Source: Eledone cirrhosa
Lineage: Eukaryota
Direction of reading: 5' to 3'
NCBI GenBank assembly: GCA_964016885.1
Contig: OZ024740.1
Span: forward strand, 130,014,001-130,078,000
Length of the DNA: 64,000 bases
The translations under genes and the position numbers were made by a program. The notes beneath the pieces were generated by a model, which worked only from the letters and a program-made list of their open reading frames with translations, ran no database searches and had not been told where the DNA came from. Of the stretch, positions 1 through 12,398 are shown piece by piece (the stretch's first letter is position 1; every line of letters begins with the position of its first letter).

Positions 1-854
1 GGAAGATAGGTAATCAGAATCATAGATAGGCAGATATACCTGTCAGTTAGATAGCAAATAAAGAGATACAATACTAATTACATAGATAGATATTGCTTGT
101 ATTGTATAAATACACATAAGCAGACGAGAAAAGCTAGATTTTGCGGTATCGACGATAAGATTCTTTGTGAGAGTCGGAGAACCTATAAGTTAGGCTAGCT
201 CATATATATTCCGATTACCACTTCCCAAGCTATTTTAGCACAATGCATTTCATCCTTATTAGCGTGAACTCTACAAATACTAAAATAAAAGCTGACAACA
301 ATGTCAAGAGTTCAGATGTTATAGGCCAAAGAAAGCTTGTGAAATTATAAGCACTTACTAAGATAATATATACATTTTCTAATTGGTCTCATAAAATACT
401 TGGTACTTGAAAAACATATTGTATATTTTGAAATAACATAAATAATAGACGATATCAGGTGCATTATTGATTGTGATTAGGATAGTGTTTTAAATCTAAC
501 ACAAATAAGTAAGCAAAATAAAGTGCAATAAAATAAAGTGGAATGCAAATAGATTATGGCTGCTATCAGAATGGAATATGGATCAGGAAGAATAAAATGC
601 AATGGAGAAATGATTTGAAGAGAATGGGAGAAAATATAAACGAATAAAAGAATGTGTTGTAGAAGATAAATCACAGAAACTGAAAGGATATCAAACAAAG
701 TTCATTTGGAATGTATAAACATATTGAACAGAAACAGTATAAAAAAATCAGAGAATGATCATGAATGATGAAAACAGAATAGATTATAAAATGTGACAAC
801 AAGGTCTCAGCGGAAAAGTGCAATATAATACGTTAAACATACAAAGACCTATGT

Positions 855-856
<2 letters not shown>

Positions 857-937
<81 letters not shown>

Positions 938-965
938 TATATGTGTGTGTGTGTGATGTGTGTGT
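857..965. repeat. (TA)n then (TG)n microsatellite
   Basis: Direct reading; it explains the spurious YIYI ORFs in the track. Confidence 0.95.
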
Positions 966-1151
966 GTAAATATATATCAAAGCGTGTGTGATCTTACTGA
1001 GCCTGTAGTGTACATGAGCGTAGCATATGAACTGGTATATAAAACATTCACACATATCCATATTATATACGATTCATATGACATAGAAATTAACACACAC
1101 TTTCCTTTGTGTATGCATGTAGGAGTATATATATATATATATATATATATA

Positions 1152-1342
1152 CGTAGGTGCCGGGTTGAGTCGGGGATAACCACAGTAATTAAGGTACTCA
1201 ATACATGGCAGAGTACATTTTTTTTATTTTATAGAAGGAGCTTCTACAGGACTAGCACTGTTTCATTCACATGAAATCTTCAGCTTCCTGAATATTTCAT
1301 CTGAATGAAACAGTGCTAGTCCTGTAGAAGCTCCTTCTATAA

Positions 1343-1347
<5 letters not shown>
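1152..1347. mobile_element. Short non-coding PLE-derived palindromic element (family A) in (TA)n
   Basis: Arms ~1224-1283 and 1288-1347 are near-perfect inverted copies, each carrying a hammerhead core. There is a unique ~70 bp left extension (…GTAACCACAGTAATTAAGGTACTCAATAC-like). Homologous to 6405-6608 and 60498-60690. Confidence 0.75.
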
Positions 1348-1424
<77 letters not shown>

Positions 1425-1550
1425 AGATCAAAAGATGGTTCAAAGAGTTCCAAGTATTTTATTTTGCCAATTTCAAAAACAAATATCATCATGGGATGAT
1501 ATCTGCGTTCTCATCAGATACAATATGGAGACATGATATGAAGCTTAAAA

Positions 1551-2425
1551 TACCTAGATACAAAAATATAATCTGGTATAATGGTCCTTTCTCTATTTCT
1601 ATTAATAATAATATTCCTAAACTAGTCTTTAGGGCCTTAGATAAATGCTTCCCTCCCTCACATATCTATAGTAAAATCTTTAACAAACTTACAATAAAAT
1701 GTTCTTATTCCACCTCTTCCAACATCTCTAACATTATCTCTAAACACAACAATAAAATATTAAATAATAAATCACATCCTTCCAACACTGAGCGTCATAA
1801 TAATAGCAGTAGTTCTCCCGACGTCATTGTTATCTCTAGGCTAGATTCTGTAAACTTAAATACGACGTCAAACATAACTTCGTTGAATGTTCATAATACC
1901 AATCTAAATCAGGAAACTATTATTCCTATCGTAAATAACTTCTCCAATCCAATTCCTTCTATAAATAACAATAGGTCACTTGTTAATAACTCTGTTAATT
2001 TCTCTAATCGTAATTGTAATTGCCCTATTAAAACTAAATGTCCTCTTAATAACCACTGATTTGATAAAAACTTAGTCTATGAATGTAAGGTTATAATCTA
2101 TTTCGCTTCCACATCCACTTCCTTCAAAGCTACATTTTATAATCACAATTCATCTTTTAAATACCAACTTAAAAGAACTAACACGGCACTCTTAGAACTC
2201 ATATGGTCCTTGAAAGACAAAAATATTAACTATAACATCTCTTGGAGGAAGGTTTGTGGTCCCTTTCCTTACCTGAATTCTTCCCTATCCATAACTTGTA
2301 ATCTCTGCCTAGCCGAGAAATGTACCATTATATCTAATTTCAATTCTATAATAAATAGACGCACGGATTTATGTTCTCTCTGCTTGCATACATTCCACAG
2401 AACATTCCATAAAGTATACTGCTAA
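1551..2425 (+). pseudogene. PLE RT-thumb/linker plus GIY-YIG endonuclease remnant
   Basis: IIWYNGPFS, LDKCFPPSHIYSKIFN…SYST, CNCPIKTKCPL, KNLVYEC, ISW, CNLCLAEK, CSLCLH. Contains an in-frame TGA and a frameshift or deletion. Confidence 0.85.
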
Positions 2426-2608
2426 TATCTCAATATACCCATCGTTCTACCTTATTTCAATATTATATATTATATAATACAATTTACACATTCTATATCA
2501 TTCCTCTTTATCATTTTCCTTTCTTCCTTTTTTTCTTTTTAATTTCTAACCTCTAATCTGTACTTTTTCTTCCCAACTACTTCCCGATTCTTATTATTAC
2601 TCACCACA

Positions 2609-2794
2609 GGGCGGTGGATTGGCAGTATCGATTAGAGTGTCGGACGCCATGCTTTCTAGCATAGTTACGTCCCTTTCCATTCTGAGTTCAAATCCCGCCG
2701 AGGTTAACTTTGCCTTTCATCCTCACGGGGTCGATAAAATAAAGTACCAGTAATGTACTGGATAATTGCTGGCCTTGTGCCTAAAGTGGAAACA
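2609..2794 (+). mobile_element. tRNA-derived SINE (octopod-type) with 16-bp TSD
   Basis: A-box-like TGGCAGTATCG, B-box-like GAGTTCAAATCC, core ACTTTGCCTTTCATCC…GGGGTCGATAAA. ATTATTACTCACCACA is duplicated at 2593-2608 and 2795-2810. Confidence 0.9.
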
Positions 2795-3729
2795 ATTATT
2801 ACTCACCACAACATTATCCATTCTGCCATCGTTCCTCATATAATTGTCCATAACAATTATTTTTTAATACATTATAGTATTACCATTAGAAATCCTTCGT
2901 AAACATATCATTTTTTGACGTTAGATTTTCTTCCTTAATTTTTTCATATTTCCTCCATCGTTTCATGCTCGTTTTAAACTACTATTTAATTTGACTTTTA
3001 CATATTACAATGCATACACACAAACTTAAATCCTAACTGATTTTTTAAAATATATTATATTATTCCCATTAGAAAATATTTCGTAAATATATATACTTTT
3101 TGATGTTAGATATTTTCTTCCTTAAACATTCTTTTCTTATTTCCTTCCGCACTCATTTTAAACAAACTATTTACGTACACATATTACATTACATAAAAAC
3201 AAACTTAAACCCTAACTAATTCCTCTAAATCCATAACTCATACATTCTTCTCCTTCTTTTCACATGATATCCTTAATAACATTAACATTTTTATTTTAAT
3301 AATAAATGTTAATAAATTATTTTCCTCGCACATTATTAAACCCTTCAATATACAAATCTTAATTTAATACTATTCTTAATTCATTTTTCTTCATGCATAA
3401 ACCTCACTAACTTTTAATTTCAAAATCTTTTAAATTATCTATTATCTTCCAGCGGTTTTTAATTTCTCTCTGTGAGACAATATATATTTTTCTCTCAGTT
3501 GTAAAGGCTATCTCTCTCTCTCTCTATCAGCCATCTCTCCTCCTCTCTCATCCTTCCTTCTTATACTCCTCCCCCACCATCCTTTACTCTCATTTCTTCC
3601 TCTTCCTTAACTTTTCCAACGCCCCTCACTTTTTCCCAATCTCATACATCAATCTTAATTTATTTTTCATATGTTGATTTAAAATGTCACTATTCACAAG
3701 TGTTTTTTAAGCTTCATATCATGTCTCCC

Positions 3730-3799
3730 TATTTTATCTCATGAGAACGCTGATATCATCCCATGATGATATTTTTTTTTGAATGCGCATAATAAAATA
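3730..3799 (+). ncRNA. Type I hammerhead ribozyme motif (degenerate) in PLE pLTR
   Basis: Stem I TATTTTAT/ATAAAATA, core CTCATGA (CTGATGA in the inverted copy at ~1511-1517 minus), long stem II around GATATCATC…GATGATAT, GAA, palindromic stem III ATGCGCAT, cleavage triplet AUA. Confidence 0.65.
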
Positions 3800-3919
3800 C
3801 TTGGAACTCTTTTAACCATCTTTTGATCCTATATTATTTATACTCCAATCCTACAAACTGTAGAGTACTACTTATCCGAAATGTTCATTGCTTTATTGTG
3901 CTACAATAAAACTCACCTC

Positions 3920-4051
<132 letters not shown>

Positions 4052-4054
4052 TAT

Positions 4055-4375
4055 GTATGATCCCGTAACTCCTAAGTGAGTGGTAGTGGCGACGTATTGC
4101 TATACGATGTTTCTAGGGCATTTTAGACCACCGGAGCCCATCACCTATCCATGTCTGGATACAGTAGATGTCACCCAGTGATATATAGTGATTAAGTTAA
4201 CGGGGGTGAGAAAGATATATTAACAATAGGCCCCAGTGCTTTTCGGTTACATTTTTATCGACCTCGAATAAAGGAAAGACAATGTAGACCTAGTCTGAGC
4301 TCAGACAGCAGAGGAGTGAAATGAATGCACGAATGTTTCCTAACCGAGGTTCTAACGACTCTGCCAATTTCTCTG
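4055..4375 (-). mobile_element. Diverged SINE of a related family
   Basis: Minus strand reads TGGCAGAGTCGTTAG…TCTGAGCTCAGA…GAGGTCGATAAAA…CACTGGGG. Head and core resemble the 2609 SINE, but the 3' part differs. Confidence 0.55.
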
Positions 4376-4984
4376 TTCATTGGTTTGGCATAGCTTGATA
4401 AGCATTTTGCTGATCGGTTGTTCGCCTGAGTTTGCAATATTTTATTATTCATTTGTTTACACATCTTATTACTTTCTGCAGTATCTTTGCATTTCAGTGT
4501 AAATTTTCCTTTGGTTTGATTTTCACGTTTAAAGTTGCGAGTATAGGAGTTGATTTGGGAGTTTATTGTTGTCTATCCTGCGTACGTGTCCAAACGATCG
4601 TAAGTTTCTATCAATGGGGATGTCCCTCATGCCGGATGAACATAATCCTGATCTTGTGAAACTGAGTAATATTTATGGTTTTGCGCAGCTGTAACATCAT
4701 ATACGCAAGTACATTGTGTATTTGAGCTTCAGAGATTATCCAGAATTTAGCCCATAACGTAGGGAGGAAAGCAATATAACTGTATAGCCTTAAAAGTATC
4801 CGGAGTAGAAACATGTAGCCACAGTCTTTCCTGTTAGCCGACAATTTCAGTGCTAGCGCATTACCAATGAAGGACCAATGTCCAAAAATAATAAAAATAA
4901 AAATGTCTTACTATATCAAGCAATAAAGTTATAAATGTTATCATTGTACTGTGTGGTTTACTTTGCTGTTCCCATTTAATGTTA

Positions 4985-5049
<65 letters not shown>

Positions 5050-5953
5050 GGGGGGGGGGTGAGTGTGGGAATAGGTGTGCGCGTCTGTGATAATAGTGTA
5101 TAACCAGAAACAACTGTATAATGTGCTCACACAGCTACTGAGTTTGCTGTGATATGTTCTTAGCTTAAAATATTCATAAAGGTTTACATAAAAAAATATA
5201 GTATATGCTTTCATATACACATCTAAATTATACACACACACATATACATGTATGCGCACACACACAATATACCTAGTGTGTTGGTATTTTTTAAAGAGAG
5301 TGAAGGAGAGATAGAAAATCAGATAGAGAGAAGTCAGAATCTGCACACATGGATATGTTCGCACGCTAAATGTATAAGATAAACATATACTTACAGATAT
5401 GTTTTCTTAATTATAATACGCAGTCTCTGCTTATGCTATTGCATTCACATACCGTTTTGTGTGTATTTCTGTGTATTTAATTTTAAATGTCAGAGAATAT
5501 CCGTGTGTGTATGTGATGGTGTGTTGAACATGAATATAAACTAAACAACAATTCTATATATTTGATTTGTTTACACTTAGCTGTTGTTGCTTATCAACTA
5601 TTTACTTGCGCATTCGCAATGCAGGTCGACGAAACCATTTTGCAGTATCTCTAGGATCCTTACAATATTATATATTTCCATCTCAGTCATTATTTATTAT
5701 TTTCGATTAAGTCTTCCCTCTCTTCTCCACAATATCTCTCTACTTCAATTGCCATTTCTTTTCATAAAACAGTGACTTCCCCCTCTTCACGCAAGATGGC
5801 ACACAGATTCATTGATAAATCTTCGAATGAAATAACAGTTTCATTACTCATGGGCCGTTTTATCCTTCTTACATATTACAAATGAAATTTACGTAACGTC
5901 AACACGCATCCTCTATGTATACATACAAAACTAGATTCACTTCCCCTATATAT

Positions 5954-5984
<31 letters not shown>

Positions 5985-6363
5985 CACACACAAACACACA
6001 CATTCTGTCTCACATACATTCACAGACACACACTCACAAACATATATATTTATATATATATATATGACAAATGTTACCCAAGTTTCTTGAATATTAATAA
6101 TAATATTCGATTCATTTTAGAAAATATATTTTTTCACTAGCACCGAGAGTTGGCAGGTAAGCAGTACTGATGGATGGCAATCACCCAGATTAATTAGTGT
6201 CTGCAGTTCTGTTTACACGCCAACACAAGAGCTAGAATGGCGGGATCATTCTACTAACATGACTTAAAGAGGATGTTTGCATAATTGCAAACGAATCGAA
6301 TAGTATTATTAATATTAGAAAAATTCCGATTAGATTTATTATATTGAGCTCTGTAGAGCGATA

Positions 6364-6402
<39 letters not shown>

Positions 6403-6404
6403 AG

Positions 6405-6608
6405 TTATCCCGGGTTGGATCTGAGGTAACCACAGTAAGGAAGGTATTCAATACATACCAAAGTATAGATATTTTAATATAGAAGAGCTTCTACAGGACT
6501 ATAACTGTTTCATTCGTGAGCAATCATCAGGAAGCTCAATGATGATTTCTGATGATTTCTCACGAATGAAAGAGTTGTAGTCATGTATAAGCTCTTCTAT
6601 ATTAAAAT
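6405..6608. mobile_element. Family A palindromic HHR mini-element, second copy
   Basis: Inverted arms ~6472-6530 and 6549-6607. Same left extension (CCGGGTTG…GTAACCACAGTAA…GGTA.TCAATAC). Flanked by (TA)n. Confidence 0.75.
6485..6537 (-). ncRNA. Type I hammerhead ribozyme
   Basis: Minus strand: GAGCTTC-CTGATGA-TTGCTCACGAAT-GAAA-CAG…CT-GTA^GAAGCTC. Perfect 7-bp stem I and intact core; stem II is weak. Confidence 0.75.
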
Positions 6609-6989
6609 ATATATATATATTTTAATATATATATATATATTCACTCTCATTCGGGAACAATTGTGTGTGGCGCCAGTTTGTGATTTGAACTCGGGAATTT
6701 TATATTCTCCGAGTAAGAAAAGCCTTCTGAGGACGATCTCTTTCTCAATGGAATTCCAGCTTGGGTTATCTGTTTATTTTGGGATCAGAAACCGTGGTAA
6801 AGGCACATATAGTAAGTACAGTGAACATTTTTGAAATTTATTTTAAAACTTTTTCTCTGTTTGCTTGAACTTGATTTTATATGATCTGGCATGTTATTTT
6901 ATTAACTTGCCATCGAACCAGACTGGCATACGTTTGGAAAATACATGTATCCCTGTGTGTATTATTTACACAGAGGGATATATAATTGT

Positions 6990-7580
6990 ATTATTATTAT
7001 ATATATATAAGTATGTATACGTACATACATATATGTATACAGACGTACAGTAGTATGTATATACATACATACATGCACACACAGATATATGTACGTATGG
7101 GTTTACCGAACATTTATTATAGTGCTCGGTTTGTTTTTAAACAAACAATCGGAATTATTAGCCGTACTCTTGTTGAGATTTTCATCAACACTGAACAAGG
7201 AACGATTAACTAGTTTCTAGCTTATTAGCTGCAATCAGCACCGTATAACTTCCTGTCAGATGATTGAATGTTTGAAAGTTTATACTTTCATTGTGCATAT
7301 TAATGGCTGAGTAGCCTTATTTGCATATCGAGTGAGTTAGCCGGCCGGGCGTACCGAAAACGATAAAAAAAAGAATGAAATTTCATTTCTCACTCTTAGT
7401 ACGGCTGATACTTAAATATAAGTATGTATTCGTAAAACATATATGTATACATACGTACCGTAGTATGTATATGCATACATGCACATTTATATATATGTAC
7501 GTATGGGTTTAACGAACATTTATATAATTCTCGGTTTGTTTGTAAACAAACACCCCGAATTATTAGTATATACTTTCAAA
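6990..7580 (-). repeat. Diverged ~1.4 tandem copies of the ~410-440 bp HHR repeat (family R)
   Basis: Colinear with 48460-49153. Degenerate HHR at ~7202-7244. Confidence 0.8.
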
Positions 7581-7665
7581 CGTTAAAGATAGAGATATAT
7601 AAAATATGAATGTAAAATATAAGAGGTTATGATGTGGGTTCGTTGACAGATGATGACAATTATAA

Positions 7666-7857
7666 TAATTGTTTCTACTTTTGGCACAAGGCCAGCAATT
7701 ATCCCAGTTTATTACTGCTACTATATTTTATCGACCCCGTAAGGATGAAAGGCAAATTAACCTAGGCAGGCTTTGAACTCAGACCATAAAGGGACGTAAC
7801 ACTTTGCTGCAAAGCATGGCGTCCGACCCTCTACCGATACTGCTAATCAACCGCCCT
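7666..7857 (-). mobile_element. SINE, same family as 2609, with 12-bp TSD
   Basis: Reverse complement of the 2609-2794 element. TGACAATTATAA occurs at 7654-7665 and 7858-7869. Confidence 0.9.
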
Positions 7858-7899
7858 TGACAATTATAAAAATAATGATGATAATAAGATATTTTAATG

Positions 7900-10800
7900 G
7901 ATCTAATTGGTACACTTTTAGTTATGGAATAGATTGGATGAATTAAGCTGGTCTAATGTTCTCAAATTTGGTCGCCGTTTAATGCCTACAGAAAATAGTT
8001 CTTTCAATGTTACTGTTATTTTCAAATTTGGAAAAGCTCCATATTACAAAGTACACAGTGGGACATGCCAAATATATAGGCTATTGCTGCTGACAAATTC
8101 GTCCAGCTGATTTTGTATTCCAGGTTTCCATATCTGAGTTGCCAGATTTTATTGGCGAGTGCTGTTGTATTCATGAGCTCCTGTTATTCATAGAATGTCT
8201 ATGGACCTTTTCTTGAACTCCCCCACCGTGGAACCTATGTAGTGCCATGCTAAGCTGCCAGAATTTATAGTACATAGGTACACTATATTTGACTCCAGGC
8301 ATCTATCTTGTAATGGGCATTTATCAGGTGGATGACAGTTACATTTAGATGTCTTCTTATGTGCTGGTTACTCGATACGGTTGTGTATGTTGTTATGTAT
8401 GGGTGGAGAATTGGATTTGTTGATGTATTGTGGTGATGTCTTCTGACGTGTGTTTGGCTGTGATGATGTTATATGCTTATGTTTTATATTTAGTGTGATG
8501 GTACTTATTTTCGGGCTACTTTTATTATAAATTATCTTATAGTTAATTTTATGTATATGCGATTCTATGTTGCTGGTAGTGGAGTATGATAGTTTGCTAG
8601 TTTTTCTATTAAATATTTTATGATATGTATGAATTTTAGAGAAGTGTTTGTCAACTAATTTGAAGAAAGTGTAAGGTTGTTTTGTTTTTATAGAGGATTA
8701 AATATTGGATTGAACCATAAGTACTTTCTATATCTGCATCTTCTATAGTTTCTAGTGGTCTTTATATTAATATTCTGTTTAATTAATTCTCGTGCTTGTT
8801 GGCAATTTCTATATTTAGTCCTAGATGTGTTAATTATATAGGTGTGGATAGTGTTATTTTTTGTATCTGGTATGTATTTGAGTCTCTCTTTATGGCCCGG
8901 CTTACGTAAAGCTATGTTGTAGTAGTTAGCGTGTTCGATAAAAAAATCTGTAGATTAGAAGATAAGCGCGACATTCTAAGGGATATACTATGTGCTATCG
9001 AGGGTGATTAGATTTATAATTAATGTAAGCCAAATTGTCATTATTCTTAGTACAGTGTTTAGGTTAAGCGATATATCTAAGAAGTTAGCTTTTTTAGAGT
9101 TGAATTCAAAAGTGATGTTAAGGCCTAATATATTAAAGAATGTTCTAATCCTTTTCCGTAATCATTCTAAGTTTTGATTTTTTAGGTTTTTAGCTAAAAG
9201 TAATGTATCGTATCTATACATTCCTCCTTGTAGGTTATCAAATTCCTTATGTAAGATATGGGCTATATATATTCCGACAATGTCTGTAAATTGGGCATAA
9301 TCATTCGATCCCATAGTTATTTTGTCTATTGTTTTCTTTCTCAGTAACTATTGTCGAACCCAATGATTGCTTTCTAGCAGCTATTATTATTTTAATTTCC
9401 TCTGGTGATAGGTCAGAGTGTTTTTGTGCAAAGTATAGTGCTTATTTAGGGTTACTGGGGAAATAGTAGAGTAGTAGTCATTAATGTCAAATTGTATGAA
9501 GTCGGAAGATTCTCTATTCTCTAATTTATTAAAACAACTATTGCTTCATTAGTGTTACCCCATAGCTTAATTATTAGTTTTTCTTTAATTTGTGGTATTA
9601 TTCTATCTAGTATACACTTGCTGATTTTGCCTATATCTGATTTTGATGGACATATTAATCTAATAGTAGGGTCAGTTTCGAAGTTGCATTTATGATCCTT
9701 CAGATTAAAAAAGTGGGTTTACGAGGGATTAGAGGTTTTATCAGATATTTTAAGTATTTTTACTATGTTAAGTCCTTCCTTGTTAATGTTATTAAGTGTA
9801 GACTCTGTAGCTTTCTTGTATTTTTTATGTAATTCCCGGCGAATAAAGATGGTGTATGTATTAAGGCTCATGGTGTATACGTTTGATATTTTGTCTGCCT
9901 TTATTATAATACCGTTGGTGTTATGCAATTATTTTAGTAGTGCATTGATGTTATTTTGCAGCTGGTTATGATGCGTTCGTTTTTTGAATTCAGTTTCTTT
10001 TATAATGTTCACTAGCAGTGGTATCCGGTTTTGCACTGGATAAGTTATTGTGAAATATATAACCGCCTTAGCTAAGCTTATTATTGCCACAACTACGGCT
10101 GACAAAGAAGTAAGGGTCTAGTGGTACGTAAGTAAACAATACTGGGGCTTAAAACGCGAGGAAGAAGTTGTGAGCACTTTCCAACAGTTAGGGGAATGAG
10201 TGTGAGATTTGTCTTGAGCAAGGGTGGCAAAATAACCGGAGGCAGCAGATAGCCAAACATACAGACATATATTATAAGGGCGCGTTCTGGACGCAGAGCG
10301 AATTGTAGGAATAGACGTAATGCAGACAGCCAGACATACAGACATATAATATAAGGGCGCGACATTATATATATGTATCTATCTAAAAAGAGAAATACTA
10401 AGAATTATAGATAGAGATCGCTAAATCAGCTAATGCGGTCCTAGGGCATTGACAATTTGGTTCCCGGCGTTGCACGGGATAATGTATTTTGGAACGCGGG
10501 CCGCCAACAGACCTAATCGTGGAAAAAGTGCATGCCTGGACAATATGTAAAGAAAATTAATTGAATACTCTGATGTCTGGATAGTCGTTAAGATTTTCCT
10601 CGATGAAGCGGGAACAATGCAGGGATTCATCTAATGCGGACCCTGGGGGATCAAGAAAATGATTGTTTTTAATGTGCATACTATGCCTTTAAATTTCGGG
10701 ACAATCGGCTAGACGTAATGCCTCCAAAAAGCCCTAAGAATCTGAAAAAATAAAGTTTTTCACCTAATGCGTGCCCTAGGCCATAAGAAAGTTGGATTTT

Positions 10801-11420
10801 CTTTGCTTACATTATGAAGAAGTAACTGACTACTACATAGTTACAATTTCAAGGAAATCGGTCAGACGTAACGCCTCAAAAAACCCTAAAAATCTTTAAT
10901 AACGCATTTTATTCACCTAATGCGGGCCCTGGGAGATCAAAAAGTTGAATTCAGACAGATATTATAAGGGCGCAACGTTATATGTATGTAACTATCTAAA
11001 AAGAGAAAGACTAAGAATTATAGAGCGAGATCGCTAAATCGCCTAATGCGGTTGGTCCCTAGGGCATTGAACATTTGAAACATAAGTATTACATGTGTAA
11101 AGTTTGAAAAGAGTTGGTTGGGTGTTTATCGAGTTTTAGGGATTCGAATTCCCACACACACAGACAGACATCCTCAGTTTTATATATATAGATGAGGTCA
11201 AGATGAAAGGCATCAAGTTGATAGGTTGTTCGGTGGTTTTTACAGGATGTGAACACATATTTTTCAGTGGTAGACCCATTATTTCTATCATTATTATTAT
11301 GTCCTTTATCGTAATGATATGATTTCCATCTGATTCTACGGATTAAGTCATTAGTTCTGTGTATCGTACCAAGCATATATTCCTTATTTGTAGGTATATA
11401 TATGTTTTTTAAGGACATTC
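7900..11420 (-). pseudogene. Near full-length decayed Naiad-type PLE ORF (RT plus GIY-YIG), interrupted by a Helitron
   Basis: N-term SLKNIYIP…RIRWK, IIIKADK, FIQFDINDYYSTISP (~9460-9500), MGSNDYAQFTDIVGIYI, GGMYRYD, FLDI, and CHPPDKCPLQDRCLESNIVYLC…YIGST (~8230-8340). Many stops and frameshifts. Confidence 0.85.
10012..11192 (-). mobile_element. Non-autonomous Helitron
   Basis: Minus strand starts TC-TATATATA… and ends CCAGTGCAAAACCGGATACCACTG-CTAG. Inserted between A and T with no TSD. Homologous to 39341-39973. Confidence 0.85.
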
Positions 11421-12169
11421 CTATCTGGTGTATTTCCATGTTAGTGCCGTGCGTTATATTAATTGCTCAACCTAATGGGAGCTTGGTATAAGGGATAACA
11501 AAACATCGTTATAGGTAATCCAGTTAGAGGTTGTGAGTACTTCGTATTATGGATAGTTTTAGCGTACGGCGTTGTTTGACTCAACAAGAGTTTTACGTAA
11601 GTGCGAGTTTATGATTTCACTTGTATTCTTTTCTTCGCACATGCTTTATTTAATTATTTTCATATTTTGTGTAATGTTTTATATCATCCCCGGCGTAACT
11701 TGTTTATTAACTCTTATTTATTTATTTGCATTTATTCATGTATTAACATTTAATCCTTTGTTGTTGATATTATTATTTTCCCATTATTTTTATTTTTATT
11801 TACCTTTATTTCTCCTTCTCCTTTTCTCTCCTCTTTCTCTCCTCCTTTCTCTCTGTCTATTTTTCTTTCTATATCTTCCTCCGTTTTCCTTTCTCCTTTT
11901 CCTCTCGTTATATCTTTTCTCTATCTCTCTTTCTTGTTTCTCTCTCTATCTTTATTATTAATATTATTAATGATGCTGTAATTTGAATTCATAAATTACC
12001 GGCCAAATAAATAATCCGATGATCTGGTTAAGTTACCATCGTATTTGAAATTGAGTTGCACTGCTTCAAGTGTTCGGCAATGTTTAGACAACTTAATCAG
12101 TGAAACAATTGTCAGAGTGTAAATAAATCCCAGCTTTCTACTGATGACCATGTTATTCTTCACTTTTTC

Positions 12170-12238
<69 letters not shown>

Positions 12239-12349
12239 ACTGGCTTTCCAAACACTTAAATTGGGTTTATACTAACATATAACCTAATGTTTGTTGAGTG
12301 AGATGGTTGCCAGTCAGAGTTTAGCTTTAAGCTATCTCTGTTATTGTAT

Positions 12350-12398
<49 letters not shown>

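Noticed and set aside
2609-2700. tRNA gene
   Set aside because: The A/B-box-like motifs belong to a repeated SINE head with a TSD, and there is no cloverleaf.
12055-12150. Hammerhead candidate (GAAACAATTGTC)
   Set aside because: No CUGANGA core upstream and only partial stem I; at best a decayed relic.
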